The position numbers and the translations under genes were made by a program. The notes beneath the pieces were generated by a model that was not told where the DNA came from, ran no database searches, and saw nothing but the letters and a program-made list of their open reading frames with translations. This document shows, in pieces, positions 1-8,444 of a stretch of 23,975 bases of DNA (positions within the stretch are counted from its first letter, which is position 1; each line of letters begins with the position of its first letter). The stretch lies in assembly GCA_036399175.1 (NCBI GenBank), contig DASWNP010000007.1:1-23975 (forward strand), in the 5' to 3' direction. This DNA comes from Pyrinomonadaceae bacterium. Lineage in GTDB: Bacteria > Acidobacteriota > Blastocatellia > Pyrinomonadales > Pyrinomonadaceae.

Positions 1-705
1 CTGCGGCTTGTCCTGCTTGGGTTTGGAGCCTCCGCCCTTGCCTTTGTTCATGCCTGCCGTGCCGGGGTCTGGCTTTTCTTCTTCCTTTGGAATCTCTGTA
101 TCGAGCATCTGGACGAGTTCTAATTGCTCTTCGTCGGCGGCCACGGAAGCGGTGCGCTCGGCGCGGAAACGCTCAAGGGCGATGATGGTGCCCACGAGAG
201 AGAAGATAAGAACGAAAGCGGTGAGAGTAGCGATGGCGACGTTACGCTGGGAGAAGAAGCGCCAGGTGAGAGAGCTGTAAGCAGAGGCGGTACGTTTGGA
301 GAAGCCGAGGGGGTCGCGTTTGAATTCAGGCCAGGTGAGCTGGGATTGATGAGCGACTTCGCGGAGTTCTTTAGTCAGACGAGAGGTGAGCCCTTCGTCT
401 GTGAGCATCGTCAGGTGATACTCGCCTCGTGCGTCTGGGGCGGCGTGGTTGTGTCTGTTCGGCAGAGCTTCCTGAATCAACATAGCTTTGAGCCTTTCGT
501 GATAATCGAGCCAGTAGCTTTCTTCGGGCATGGAGGCTTGAGATGCACGGTCGAAGACGTGCAGAGTCTCGGCCAGCGAGCGGTATTGAGCCTGACAGGA
601 GTGGCAGGCGCGCAGCTCTGTGAGCAGTCGAGTTTTTTGCGCGGCGTCGAGTTCGTCGAAGAGAAGATCGACGAGTCTTTCTTCCGTGTGCTGGCAATCG
701 TGCAT
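1..705 (-). CDS. Anti-sigma factor, zf-HC2-like with one TM helix; its 3' end runs off the window start
   Basis: Manual minus-strand translation from ATG at 705 gives MHDCQHTEERLVDLLFDELDAAQKTRLLTELRACHSCQAQYRSLAETLHVFDR... This carries a C/H..C..C zinc-finger-like motif typical of ECF anti-sigma N-termini, followed by a hydrophobic helix VAIATLTAFVLIFSLVGTIIAL. The frame stays open to position 1, so it is missing from the ORF track, which needs a stop. It lies 18 nt downstream of the ECF sigma gene on the same strand. Confidence 0.65.
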   Translation of the reverse strand, partial: MHDCQHTEERLVDLLFDELDAAQKTRLLTELRACHSCQAQYRSLAETLHVFDRASQASMPEESYWLDYHERLKAMLIQEALPNRHNHAAPDARGEYHLTMLTDEGLTSRLTKELREVAHQSQLTWPEFKRDPLGFSKRTASAYSSLTWRFFSQRNVAIATLTAFVLIFSLVGTIIALERFRAERTASVAADEEQLELVQMLDTEIPKEEEKPDPGTAGMNKGKGGGSKPKQDKPQ

Positions 706-723
706 GGCTATCTCCAAAAGAAC

Positions 724-1347
724 TTAACCTTTTTCACTAGCGGCGTAAGGGGCGACGCTATCGCTCGCGCCGACGCCGATGCCGAGATGCTGTCGCAGCT
801 TCGAGACGGCGCGAAAGAGAGATTTCTTGACCGTTCCGGTCGAGCATCCGAAGGCTCTTGAAATCTCTTCGTATGTCATTCCCTCTCGATGCTTGAGCAG
901 AAACATGAGGCGCGAGTGGGGCGTCAGCTCGCCGAGCGCACGCATGACGCGCTCGACGAGAATCTTCTGTTCGAGTCGGTCTTCGGCGTCGATGCCGGAG
1001 GCGGAAGCATGGAGGGTCGTCTCGTCGAGCGTCTCTAAATCTCTGAGGTCGATGTTTATCTTCTCGTCGCCGCTCATCACGGTCAGCTCCCGACGGTGGT
1101 TGAGAAAAGCGTTAATCGTTATCTGTCGAAGCCAGGTGTAGAAGCTGGCTTCGCCTCTGAATTTGCCGAGGCTTCGGAAAGCCCTGAGCCAGACTTCCTG
1201 CGAGAGGTCTTCGGCGTCGTGCGGGTTGCGGCAGTAGTGGAGCGCGAGCAGGTAGATGCGTCTCTGGTAACTCTTCGCCAACTCACAGAAGGCTTCCACG
1301 TCGCCGCTCTGTGCGCGCCCGACCAATTCGTGTTCGCTGGTGCTCAA
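724..1347 (-). CDS. ECF-type RNA polymerase sigma factor (sigma-70 family, regions 2 and 4)
   Basis: The 207-aa product has region 2 (DLSQEVWLRAFRSLGKF, FYTWLRQITINAFLNHRRE) and a region-4 HTH (MTYEEISRAFGCSTGTVKKSLFRA). The start is TTG at 1347, preceded by AAGGGA 7 nt upstream. Confidence 0.9.
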   Translation of the reverse strand: MSTSEHELVGRAQSGDVEAFCELAKSYQRRIYLLALHYCRNPHDAEDLSQEVWLRAFRSLGKFRGEASFYTWLRQITINAFLNHRRELTVMSGDEKINIDLRDLETLDETTLHASASGIDAEDRLEQKILVERVMRALGELTPHSRLMFLLKHREGMTYEEISRAFGCSTGTVKKSLFRAVSKLRQHLGIGVGASDSVAPYAASEKG

Positions 1348-1554
1348 CTCGGATTCCCTTCGCGTCAGGTTGTTTCTATAGACACGCGGGGCGCAGATTT
1401 GGTTGGCAGGGAAATTTCAATTTCTTTAACTGTTTCAGTAGAACTTCTGTCGGGAGGGGGAGTTGCCTTGCAGGGGCAGTATGGCGTGACCTCCTTCGTA
1501 GCTCTGCCTATCATTCTCCGACGCGTAAAGCGCGCCGTAATTAAACTCACAATA

Positions 1555-1582
1555 CAAAAAAGGGCGCTCCGAGTGAGCGCCC
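1555..1582 (-). terminator. Rho-independent terminator for the upstream minus-strand operon
   Basis: On the minus strand the motif reads GGGCGCTC-actcg-GAGCGCCC, an 8-bp GC stem, followed by TTTTTTGTATTGTG. It sits about 30 nt past the stop of the 86-aa membrane ORF. Confidence 0.6.
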
Positions 1583-1608
1583 CTTGCCTGACCGTCGATT
1601 GCAACCCT

Positions 1609-1869
1609 CTACGGCTTTGGCCGTAGAAGAGAGTTGAAACCTGTAGCCGCCAGAGCACCAAGAGTGCACCATATGAACCATGTGCTGAAGGCTATGCGCG
1701 TTCCGCTCGTCGTCCACAGCATAAGCGGGTACTGCGCGACGAGCAGCACCAACACGCCGAGACCATTGGCGACCGATTCCGACAATCGTCGTCGAACGAC
1801 TCGAAAGACAACGACTGAAGCCATGAGCCCTAGAGCATAGATCAAAACAGATGTAATCATGCTCATCAC
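1609..1869 (-). CDS. Small integral membrane protein, hypothetical (86 aa, 2-3 TM)
   Basis: Hydrophobic composition (ITSVLIYALGLMASVVVF, GVLVLLVAQYPLMLW, TWFIWCTLGALAATGF). It is 3 nt downstream of the 289-aa ORF on the same strand and is followed by a terminator. Confidence 0.5.
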   Translation of the reverse strand: MMSMITSVLIYALGLMASVVVFRVVRRRLSESVANGLGVLVLLVAQYPLMLWTTSGTRIAFSTWFIWCTLGALAATGFNSLLRPKP

Positions 1870-1872
1870 CTG

Positions 1873-2742
1873 TTAGTTGCTAAACATCGTGGGAATGGCG
1901 GCAACTGCCGCACCGACGCACCATCCGCCGACGCAGTGGAATGTCCATGGCCCGGCGATGCGGCAGGCGGCGGCGGCGCCAGCGCAACCAAATGCCACGT
2001 TCACTGCGTAACGCTGCACCTGCGGCGGCATCGGCGGATACCTGTAACCAGTATAGCGCCCCGTCCGCGTATCATACTGAAAGGCTGGAGGGCTGAGTCC
2101 CCACTGCACTGGACGGAAACCGGCTGGGGCAAACGCCATCCTGCTCCCAACAGGTAGGAAACTCGTCCGCCCGAAAGTTACCTTGCCGAGCCGTGATATT
2201 TGTTGTTCCATCATCGGCGACTGACGCAACTGCCTTTGCTGGTATTCACGATTAGGCTGTTCTTCGAGACTGATGCCCCATCGGAAATACTGATCGTCAA
2301 TCATGCCTTCCTGCCAGTCTAGCCAGCTTGCGCCGTCCTGATAGGAGACCTCAAACACAACCTCCCAATTGCCGTCAGAGTATGGATCACGCATTGCTAC
2401 GTCGAAGGTACGCCGATCAATGACGTTACCATATTGATCGTAATGAGTGGCAATAACAGTTCCCTGCCACTCGTTGCCTTGGTGATACGAGGGAATAAAT
2501 GTCGCCTCAAAACCGTCGCCACTAATAGTATCCTGCGGTCTCAAACTCGCCTTCTGGAAGATGCGCCGAAGCTCGCTGTTCTTATGAACCGCAACCTGTT
2601 CAACAGTGCCGCTAATCACTAGCGCATCTTCTATCTTGGGGCTACGACCGTTCCGCTCGAAAGCTCTCAGAGCTTCGCGCACATCCTTATCCTGTTCTTT
2701 CAGTTTCTTGACGTATGCGGCAACTTCAGCACCCGACTTCAC
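1873..2742 (-). CDS. Hypothetical protein with a Gly/Ala/Cys-rich hydrophobic C-terminal tail
   Basis: 289-aa ORF with protein-like composition. The start is GTG at 2742; the track shows M because alternative start codons are allowed. The C-terminus GCAGAAAACRIAGPWTFHCVGGWCVGAAVAAIPTMF resembles a glycine-zipper or membrane anchor. I do not recognise a known family. Confidence 0.55.
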   Translation of the reverse strand: MKSGAEVAAYVKKLKEQDKDVREALRAFERNGRSPKIEDALVISGTVEQVAVHKNSELRRIFQKASLRPQDTISGDGFEATFIPSYHQGNEWQGTVIATHYDQYGNVIDRRTFDVAMRDPYSDGNWEVVFEVSYQDGASWLDWQEGMIDDQYFRWGISLEEQPNREYQQRQLRQSPMMEQQISRLGKVTFGRTSFLPVGSRMAFAPAGFRPVQWGLSPPAFQYDTRTGRYTGYRYPPMPPQVQRYAVNVAFGCAGAAAACRIAGPWTFHCVGGWCVGAAVAAIPTMFSN

Positions 2743-2881
2743 TACCGCATTTTTGACATTCTTTTGTTTGTCTTTTTGGGTTGACGCACTCGTTCATAGC
2801 ATATGGCATGACTGGCACGGAGAGCCCTAGCACGATTGTAACGAGGGCGAGGCTCATCATTATACGCACAATTTTCTTCAT
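2726..2881 (-). CDS. Small signal-peptide-bearing Cys-rich ORF (51 aa), or the N-terminal signal peptide of the downstream gene split off by a frameshift
   Basis: ATG at 2881 is preceded by a strong SD (TAAGGAGAttccgATG). The product MKKIVRIMMSLALVTIVLGLSVPVMPYA / MNECVNPKRQTKECQKCGSEVGC has a classic signal peptide and a 4-Cys tail. It overlaps the next ORF by 17 nt in another frame. Confidence 0.4.
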   Translation of the reverse strand: MKKIVRIMMSLALVTIVLGLSVPVMPYAMNECVNPKRQTKECQKCGSEVGC

Positions 2882-2993
2882 CGGAATCTCCTTAGAGGTT
2901 GTGACCCCGCCGGATTGCGCGCTAAGATGTTTATGGTTGAATAACACATCTTCTGCGTGTCAAAACGGCAGAGTTTGTGTTATTAACAAGAGA

Positions 2994-3027
2994 AGCCCTG
3001 CTGTTACCGGCAAGTAACAACAGGGCT
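2994..3027. terminator. Hairpin with a 14-bp stem (one mismatch), flanked by T-rich sequence on both strands
   Basis: agccctgctgttac-cggcaa-gtaacaacagggct, followed by tttcgttt on plus and ttctcttgtt on minus. It sits about 110 nt upstream of the Cys-rich ORF start. Confidence 0.3.
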
Positions 3028-3371
3028 TTCGTTTAAGGAGAGCGAACAGATTTTAAGACCATCTTCCGCCGAGTAGTACATCCCCTCACGACAGAAAAGA
3101 GTGGAAATCTCGGTTAACAGACAAGGCGCATTGTGAGTGAAATGCAATATCATTCACCTTGAAATTTTTTGTTATTGAATCGAACGAGTCTGAGGAACTC
3201 GCCCGCAAGTTTGAGATTTTTTTAGATTATCATCAACCGAAAAAAGTTGTCCGGAGAAGAATTTTTTGAATCCTCGAAGCAAATCCGCTTTCGCTCGACC
3301 GCAGAGGCGCACTAAATCGTAGCTCGGCTTGTCTATTCTCTTTTTTGAAAACAGGGGGAGATAGAACAAAG

Positions 3372-3400
3372 AGGCTCGCATCGTTTCGAGATGCGAGCCT
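3372..3400 (-). terminator. Rho-independent terminator of the flotillin operon
   Basis: Perfect 11-bp stem aggctcgcatc / gatgcgagcct with a 7-nt loop. On the minus strand it is followed by CTTTGTTCT and lies about 45 nt after the flotillin stop at 3442. Confidence 0.6.
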
Positions 3401-3441
3401 TTCAGTCGAGTTTCGGTTCAAAATATCGGACGGCTACGAAA

Positions 3442-5646
3442 TCAGACGCCCTGCTTTGAAGAATTCTTCGAGCCGTTCTCAGAGCCATTCGCATTGAGGC
3501 GGTCGCGGAAGAGGTTGAGGAGAAGAAGCGTGCCGATGCCTCCGCCCGCGCCGTCAGCACCGCCGCCGGAGGCCATCACGTCGGGAGTGATGCGGACGCC
3601 TTTTTCGCCGATGACCCGGAGAGTTTCAACAAGTGCGACGCCCTGTGCGCCGAGCGCGTTGACCTGTTCGTGATAGGCGACGCCCTGCGCCTCGCCCATG
3701 AGTCGGACTTTCTCGGCCTCGGCCTTGCCGGTGGCGAGGATGTAGTGCGCCTCGCCGTCGGCTTCGGCCTTGCGCTGCTCTGAGCGTTTGGCGGCGATGT
3801 CCACGCCGACGGTGGCGGCCATCAGGTCGCGCTGGTTATCGGCCTGCGCGCTGATGCGTGCCAGTTGGATGCGCTTCTCTTCTGCCTCGCGCTGCGCGTC
3901 GTACATATTCTGTCGCTGCTCGGCGAGAATCTTCTCGGTCTGCGTCTTCATCAGCTCTTCGGGCAGGTGGATGTGGCAGATGAGCACGTTGACGACATCG
4001 ACGTGATACTTCAAGAGATGCGCGCGGACGCGAGCTTCGGCGCGCTCCTGCTCCTCGTGTCGATTTTGCAGGTAAGCCATCGCGGAGGATTCCGACGCCT
4101 GGTTGCGGAAGATGGAGTCGATGAGCGGGTGCATGACGTTCTGGATGAGGCGGTCAACCGAGCCGATTTTGGCGACCATGAAGGGCGCGTCCTCCGGCTT
4201 GACGCGGAAGACGACGCGGACTTCGAGCTGCATCGTGAAGCCGTCTTTCGAGATGACCTCGAAGGGATTGAAGGTGTCGGCCTCTTCGCCCGCCGTCCAT
4301 TCGACGGTCTGGTTGGTGGTCGGAATGACAATCGGCGTCAGGGCGAGAGTGTTGACGTAATACTTGCCGGGGCCCACGACCGCTTCCTGTATGCCCCGGA
4401 AGCCTTCGGGGACGACGTAGGCTTCGTGCGCGCCTTCGTCGAGGCGTCGGTCGGCGGGGTCGCCGAGCGTCAGCTCCTCCTGAATCTCCGTGACGGTGCG
4501 ATTTTCCGTGTCGAGCTTGTCGAGCCGTTGCGCCGCCGCTTCGACCTGCTCCTGCTCTTCACGTTCCAGACGCTCGCGCACCTTCGCCGCCATCTGCTTG
4601 CGTACCTCTTCGGACGGGTCTTTGCCGACGTTCGAGACGATGACGGCGACCTCGCCGGGGCGCACCTCTTTGGCCGATTCGGGAATCATCTTGAAGAGAA
4701 GCGGATTGATGTAGTAAGTGCCGGGCAGAAGGATGTCCTTCTGCGGCCCGCGCTGGCCGCCGCGACGGATGAACTCGTTGCTGTCCTGAAAATTGTCGTG
4801 GCCTTCGACGGGCTGTGCGACGTAATCGCGCGGGTCGAGCGGCGCGCCGTCGAGAGCTTCGATGAGACCGATTTGATTCTCGGCGACAACCGTCGCGTCC
4901 GCCGCCCAGACGTTGAAGAGGCCGGGCTTGCGCTCCTGCGCGTTATCGAGTGCGACCGACTCGGTGAGGATGCGGTAAGTGCCCGGCGTGAGAATCTCGA
5001 CCTGCGGCCCTTTCTGTCCGCCTGCGGCGATGAAGAACTCCGCGTCCTGAAAGTTTCCGTGCCCTTCGATGGCCTTGCCGTGCAGGCGGCCTGAATCGAG
5101 CGGCGCTCCGTCTGCCGCCGTCACGATGCCGACCTTGCCGCGCGGAATCATCGTCACCTTCGCAATCGAGACGCGGAAGAGATAAGGGTGAATCGGCCAC
5201 AAGCCCGGCGGAAGCGTGCGAAGCTGTATGCCTTTGACGCCGCCGCGCTTGATGAAGGCGATGGGATCCTGGAAATTGTTGTGCGCGTTTTCGGCGCGGT
5301 CGGGCGCGAAGATTCTGCCCGGCGGCATCGGCTCGCCGTCGATGGCTTCGATGACGCCAAGCTCGTCCGGCGCAATCTCGACGAGCGGAACTTTACGCAC
5401 CACGCGCTCGAACGGGTACTTGATGAAATGCAGCCCCGGTTTCAGCACGTCGGCCTGAATGCCGACCTCACCCTCGGTTGCGACGACACGACCGGGCGGC
5501 ATCTTCGCGCCGATGTAGCGTCGCTCCTTAATGGCTATCTCCTGCGCGCCGACGTTGACGAGCATGCGACTCAGAATCACCAGCAGGACGATGACGGCGA
5601 CCGACAGCACCGCCAGCAGAGGGACGTTGTCAAGAATCGTATTCAT
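3442..5646 (-). CDS. Flotillin-like SPFH/band-7 protein (YqiK/FloT family) with an expanded N-terminal repeat region
   Basis: The 734-aa product has an N-terminal TM helix and an SPFH core (FRVKPEDAPFMVAKIGS...LIDSIFRNQASE...). The C-terminus has the EA-rich flotillin domain (ILAEQRQNMYDAQREAEEKRIQLARISAQADNQRDLMAATVGVDIAAKRSEQRKAEADGEAHYILATGKAEAEKVRLMGEAQG). Residues about 90-330 hold three tandem modules of about 90 aa. Confidence 0.85.
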   Translation of the reverse strand: MNTILDNVPLLAVLSVAVIVLLVILSRMLVNVGAQEIAIKERRYIGAKMPPGRVVATEGEVGIQADVLKPGLHFIKYPFERVVRKVPLVEIAPDELGVIEAIDGEPMPPGRIFAPDRAENAHNNFQDPIAFIKRGGVKGIQLRTLPPGLWPIHPYLFRVSIAKVTMIPRGKVGIVTAADGAPLDSGRLHGKAIEGHGNFQDAEFFIAAGGQKGPQVEILTPGTYRILTESVALDNAQERKPGLFNVWAADATVVAENQIGLIEALDGAPLDPRDYVAQPVEGHDNFQDSNEFIRRGGQRGPQKDILLPGTYYINPLLFKMIPESAKEVRPGEVAVIVSNVGKDPSEEVRKQMAAKVRERLEREEQEQVEAAAQRLDKLDTENRTVTEIQEELTLGDPADRRLDEGAHEAYVVPEGFRGIQEAVVGPGKYYVNTLALTPIVIPTTNQTVEWTAGEEADTFNPFEVISKDGFTMQLEVRVVFRVKPEDAPFMVAKIGSVDRLIQNVMHPLIDSIFRNQASESSAMAYLQNRHEEQERAEARVRAHLLKYHVDVVNVLICHIHLPEELMKTQTEKILAEQRQNMYDAQREAEEKRIQLARISAQADNQRDLMAATVGVDIAAKRSEQRKAEADGEAHYILATGKAEAEKVRLMGEAQGVAYHEQVNALGAQGVALVETLRVIGEKGVRITPDVMASGGGADGAGGGIGTLLLLNLFRDRLNANGSENGSKNSSKQGV

Positions 5647-6400
5647 GTTTTTCCTCTTCGGAAGCAGCCGACTGCTTCAGGGTTTCGGTGGGGATGGATG
5701 CCCGGCGCGCACCGTCGGTCTGGAGGGAGCGACGTGCGTCGGCGAGCGTTTGTTTGAGGACGAAGCCCGCGCCCGAACTCCTCGCTTCGGGCGCGAGCGT
5801 CCAGTAGTGGCTTTCGATTAACGAGCGCAAATCTCCTGCGGGCAGAGCGATTCTCCCCTCGCGCCGGAGACGCAGGACTGCGACTATTGTCTTTTCATAG
5901 ACGGACGCATCGCCCGAGAGCGCGGCGACGTGTAAGACTTCCGGCGTCAGAGCCCTCACGTCGGACGAGCGCTCAAGGATTCGCAGCAAGACTTCGACGA
6001 GCGCACCGCTCGCACGTAAGTTCGCGTGCTCCCTGATAAAAGAGGCCAGCGAGCGCGTCGCTTCTTCGGACGAGGAGACGCGCGCGAGAAGCACGTCGAG
6101 CAATTCGTCGTACAACTCTTCGTCGCCGTCCTCGCGCGCTTCGAGAAGAGCTTCAAAGTCGCCCCGCGCCGCGCGCTCGCGCAAAGAGGCCGCGCGCCGC
6201 TCGCGCTCGTCCGAAGCTTCCGAGAGCGCGCCGCGCTTCCTGCCGTCGTCCGAAGCGTCGCCCGCCCCGAAGAGTCCCCCGTAGCGCATCGGCGGAAGGC
6301 TGATTTGATTCTCTCTGGTAGAGGATGAGCGTTTCGACCTGTAGAGCGCGAAGGTGGTGAGCGCGAGAATTAAGATGGCGATGATGTAAAGGGCAGTCAC
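5630..6400 (-). CDS. Membrane-anchored hypothetical protein; upstream partner in the flotillin operon
   Basis: It has an N-terminal TM helix (LYIIAILILALTTFALY) and a charged Ala/Glu/Arg-rich soluble part. It overlaps the flotillin start by 17 nt, which suggests translational coupling. It is not obviously NfeD-like. Confidence 0.55.
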   Translation of the reverse strand: MTALYIIAILILALTTFALYRSKRSSSTRENQISLPPMRYGGLFGAGDASDDGRKRGALSEASDERERRAASLRERAARGDFEALLEAREDGDEELYDELLDVLLARVSSSEEATRSLASFIREHANLRASGALVEVLLRILERSSDVRALTPEVLHVAALSGDASVYEKTIVAVLRLRREGRIALPAGDLRSLIESHYWTLAPEARSSGAGFVLKQTLADARRSLQTDGARRASIPTETLKQSAASEEEKHEYDS

Positions 6401-6595
6401 GGGTTCGACGCCTTCAAGCCCTGCCCGGTCGGCTGAAGCTTCTCAGCACCCCTGCGGCGGGCATCACGTCCAGAATGTAATACGTTTTCGCGGCCTCACA
6501 AGTTCTTTAATCCGCGCCTGAGAGAAATGTCGAAGCATCGCACAGAAGAGAACGGAAAGAGCGCGCGGGAGAGCGGTCTGCTTCGCACGCCGGGC

Positions 6596-7000
6596 TCAGC
6601 CGAGAGAATCCAGATATTCGAGATAGCGTGTGCGGTCGGCCTCGCTGATTTTAGTTATCCCCGCGCCGAGATGATAGAGACGCCCCTCGTCTTCTTCGAC
6701 AATCTTGTAGTGCATCGGAGCAGCTTCGAGCGCGACGCCGCCCTCTGGAAGCTCAAGCATGACGAGCATCAGGCACGACTCGCGCGGAAGGAATCGCGCG
6801 TCAAGTTTTTCGACGGGGACGACGAGCGACAAACCCGTCCGGCTGATGTCGCGCGTCAGGCACGAGACGCGCAGGAGATTGCCGCCCGCGCTGTCCTCTG
6901 TCCCGGAGCTATAGACCATGATGCCGTTCAGACGCGCCGGGAGCTGAGCTTCGTAGCGCCGCGCGCGGCGTCTCTCCAGACCGTCCCAGAAACGTCTCAT
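6596..7000 (-). CDS. PilZ-domain protein, a c-di-GMP receptor
   Basis: RxxxR motif (RRRARR) followed about 30 aa later by DxSxxG (DISRTG). The size is 134 aa. Confidence 0.7.
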   Translation of the reverse strand: MRRFWDGLERRRARRYEAQLPARLNGIMVYSSGTEDSAGGNLLRVSCLTRDISRTGLSLVVPVEKLDARFLPRESCLMLVMLELPEGGVALEAAPMHYKIVEEDEGRLYHLGAGITKISEADRTRYLEYLDSLG

Positions 7001-7036
7001 GCCGACCTCATCTCCGCTCGCTTGCGCCGCTGCGCG

Positions 7037-7894
7037 TCAACCATGATTCGCGCCGCACCGCGACGCACATTCGTACTCATAGCCGCGCCCGACGAGATGC
7101 GCGCCGTCCGGCGACGGGCGGGCTTTCTTCCGGCGCGCACGCAGGCGGTCGAACAGAACGTCGCTCGCGGCCTCCAGAAACAGCCCGCACAGGCGCGGAT
7201 GCCGGAGCGTTAATGCGAATCCTTCACGCACGGTCACGAAGGCGAGCCGCAGATGCTCGCCGACCGTAGGGCTGAAGCTGAGAAGACCCTGCCGCGCGTC
7301 GGCTCTTAAATCAATCACGCTATCGACCAGACATCCAACTGCGCCGACTCTCTCCAGAAACCGTAGCAGCGCGGCGCGCTCGCCGTCGAGCAAAGGTCGG
7401 ATGAGCAGGTAGGATAGCTCGGCGGTCAGACGACCGACGGCTCGCCTCTGTTCGACGTAAGCGTCGAGCGTCTCCGACGCTCGCTCTCTCAAAACAGCCT
7501 CGTAAAGCTCTCCGAGCTTCGATAGCATCGCGGCGCGGCTCTCAGGGCTGATGTGACGCTTCAAAACCTCTGCCGCCAGCCCGGCGCATGATAGTCCTGT
7601 TTCCTCGTCGAAGGAAGGACGGGCGGCCTCCAGCCGCTTGAGAATCGCTCGCCCGATTTCCGGCTCGCCTGAGTCGATGGCGTCGTCCACGACGCCGATG
7701 AACAGATAGTAAGAGCGCAGGCGCTCGGCCACCTCTTCAATGCAAAAGCCGACCTTGAAATAAACGAGGCAGCGACAGATGCGTTCGGGAATCCTTACGT
7801 AATGCCCGTACCTGGCATCTACAGAGATGGCCTGGTAGAGATTTTCGAGCGACGTTTGTGCGTGCGGTGAGAAGTTCTCTAATGTAGGCGTCAT
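7037..7894 (-). CDS. Squalene/phytoene synthase family protein (head-to-head isoprenoid synthase fold)
   Basis: It has two Asp-rich motifs with the family spacing. YYLFIGVVDDAID (D70-D74) resembles YAFCRxxDDxxD, and GCLVDSVIDLRAD (D191-D195) resembles xLxNxLRDxxED, about 120 aa apart. The 285-aa length fits. The Arg normally before the first DD is replaced by Gly. Confidence 0.5.
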   Translation of the reverse strand: MTPTLENFSPHAQTSLENLYQAISVDARYGHYVRIPERICRCLVYFKVGFCIEEVAERLRSYYLFIGVVDDAIDSGEPEIGRAILKRLEAARPSFDEETGLSCAGLAAEVLKRHISPESRAAMLSKLGELYEAVLRERASETLDAYVEQRRAVGRLTAELSYLLIRPLLDGERAALLRFLERVGAVGCLVDSVIDLRADARQGLLSFSPTVGEHLRLAFVTVREGFALTLRHPRLCGLFLEAASDVLFDRLRARRKKARPSPDGAHLVGRGYEYECASRCGANHG

Positions 7895-7941
7895 CTAAAT
7901 TTTCTCGGGAGAATCGCCCTCTGAGGTCTACCGTGAATCGG

Positions 7942-8409
7942 CTATCTCAAACGTTTCTCGAAACCGTACTCGACGGAATTATTCAAGTCCTTAAGCTCCC
8001 GCGTGCCGCGCTCATCAAAACCCATGCTGCGATAAAGGCGATGAGCCTCGACGAAGCGCGTGTCGCTCCAAAGAAACAATCGCGCCTTTCCGGCTCGGCG
8101 AGCATAATCGGTCGCCAGCTCCACCAGCCTCCGCCCCCAACCCTGACGACGCAGGGAGCTATGCACGTACAAAGTCTTCAGCTCGCCCGCGCCCTCGGAT
8201 AGCAACACCGCCACCGTCGCCCTGATTCTTCCTTCATCTTCCACCACCCAGAACTCGCCTCCGCCAGCACGAAAAAACTCTCCCGCCTCCAGCAAATACT
8301 TCTCTTCATTTTCCAAATCGAGCACGCAGTCATATTCACCGTAGACCTCGCGCACGAGGCTCACAATGCCCTCCGTATCCTTTGAAGTTGCAGGTCTCAC
8401 CAAAGCCAT
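7942..8409 (-). CDS. GNAT family N-acetyltransferase
   Basis: Acetyl-CoA binding motif LYVHSSLRRQGWGRRLVE (Q/RxxGxG/A). The size is 155 aa. Confidence 0.8.
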   Translation of the reverse strand: MALVRPATSKDTEGIVSLVREVYGEYDCVLDLENEEKYLLEAGEFFRAGGGEFWVVEDEGRIRATVAVLLSEGAGELKTLYVHSSLRRQGWGRRLVELATDYARRAGKARLFLWSDTRFVEAHRLYRSMGFDERGTRELKDLNNSVEYGFEKRLR

Positions 8410-8444
8410 CAGCCTACATACCGTTCGTTCAAATGCGTGGGCGC

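Noticed and set aside
124-861. 245-aa plus-strand ORF, and the 108-aa minus ORF at 371-697
   Set aside because: Both overlap the manually translated anti-sigma factor frame, which has a coherent zinc-finger and TM architecture. The other two are Arg/Gly-rich junk frames.
1348-1500. Attempt to locate an ECF-type (GGAAC...CGTC) autoregulatory promoter upstream of the sigma gene
   Set aside because: Only weak partial matches (TGAAAC...; CGTGTC) were found, with no convincing spacing. Not reported as a feature.
3865-5094. 409-aa plus-strand ORF
   Set aside because: It is antisense to the flotillin gene. Arg/Leu/Asp-rich low-complexity composition is typical of reverse-frame read-through in high-GC DNA, and it has no recognisable domain.
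6527-7213. 228-aa plus-strand ORF
   Set aside because: It is antisense to the PilZ gene and the SQS-like gene 5' region and has no motifs. The PilZ frame has both signature motifs.
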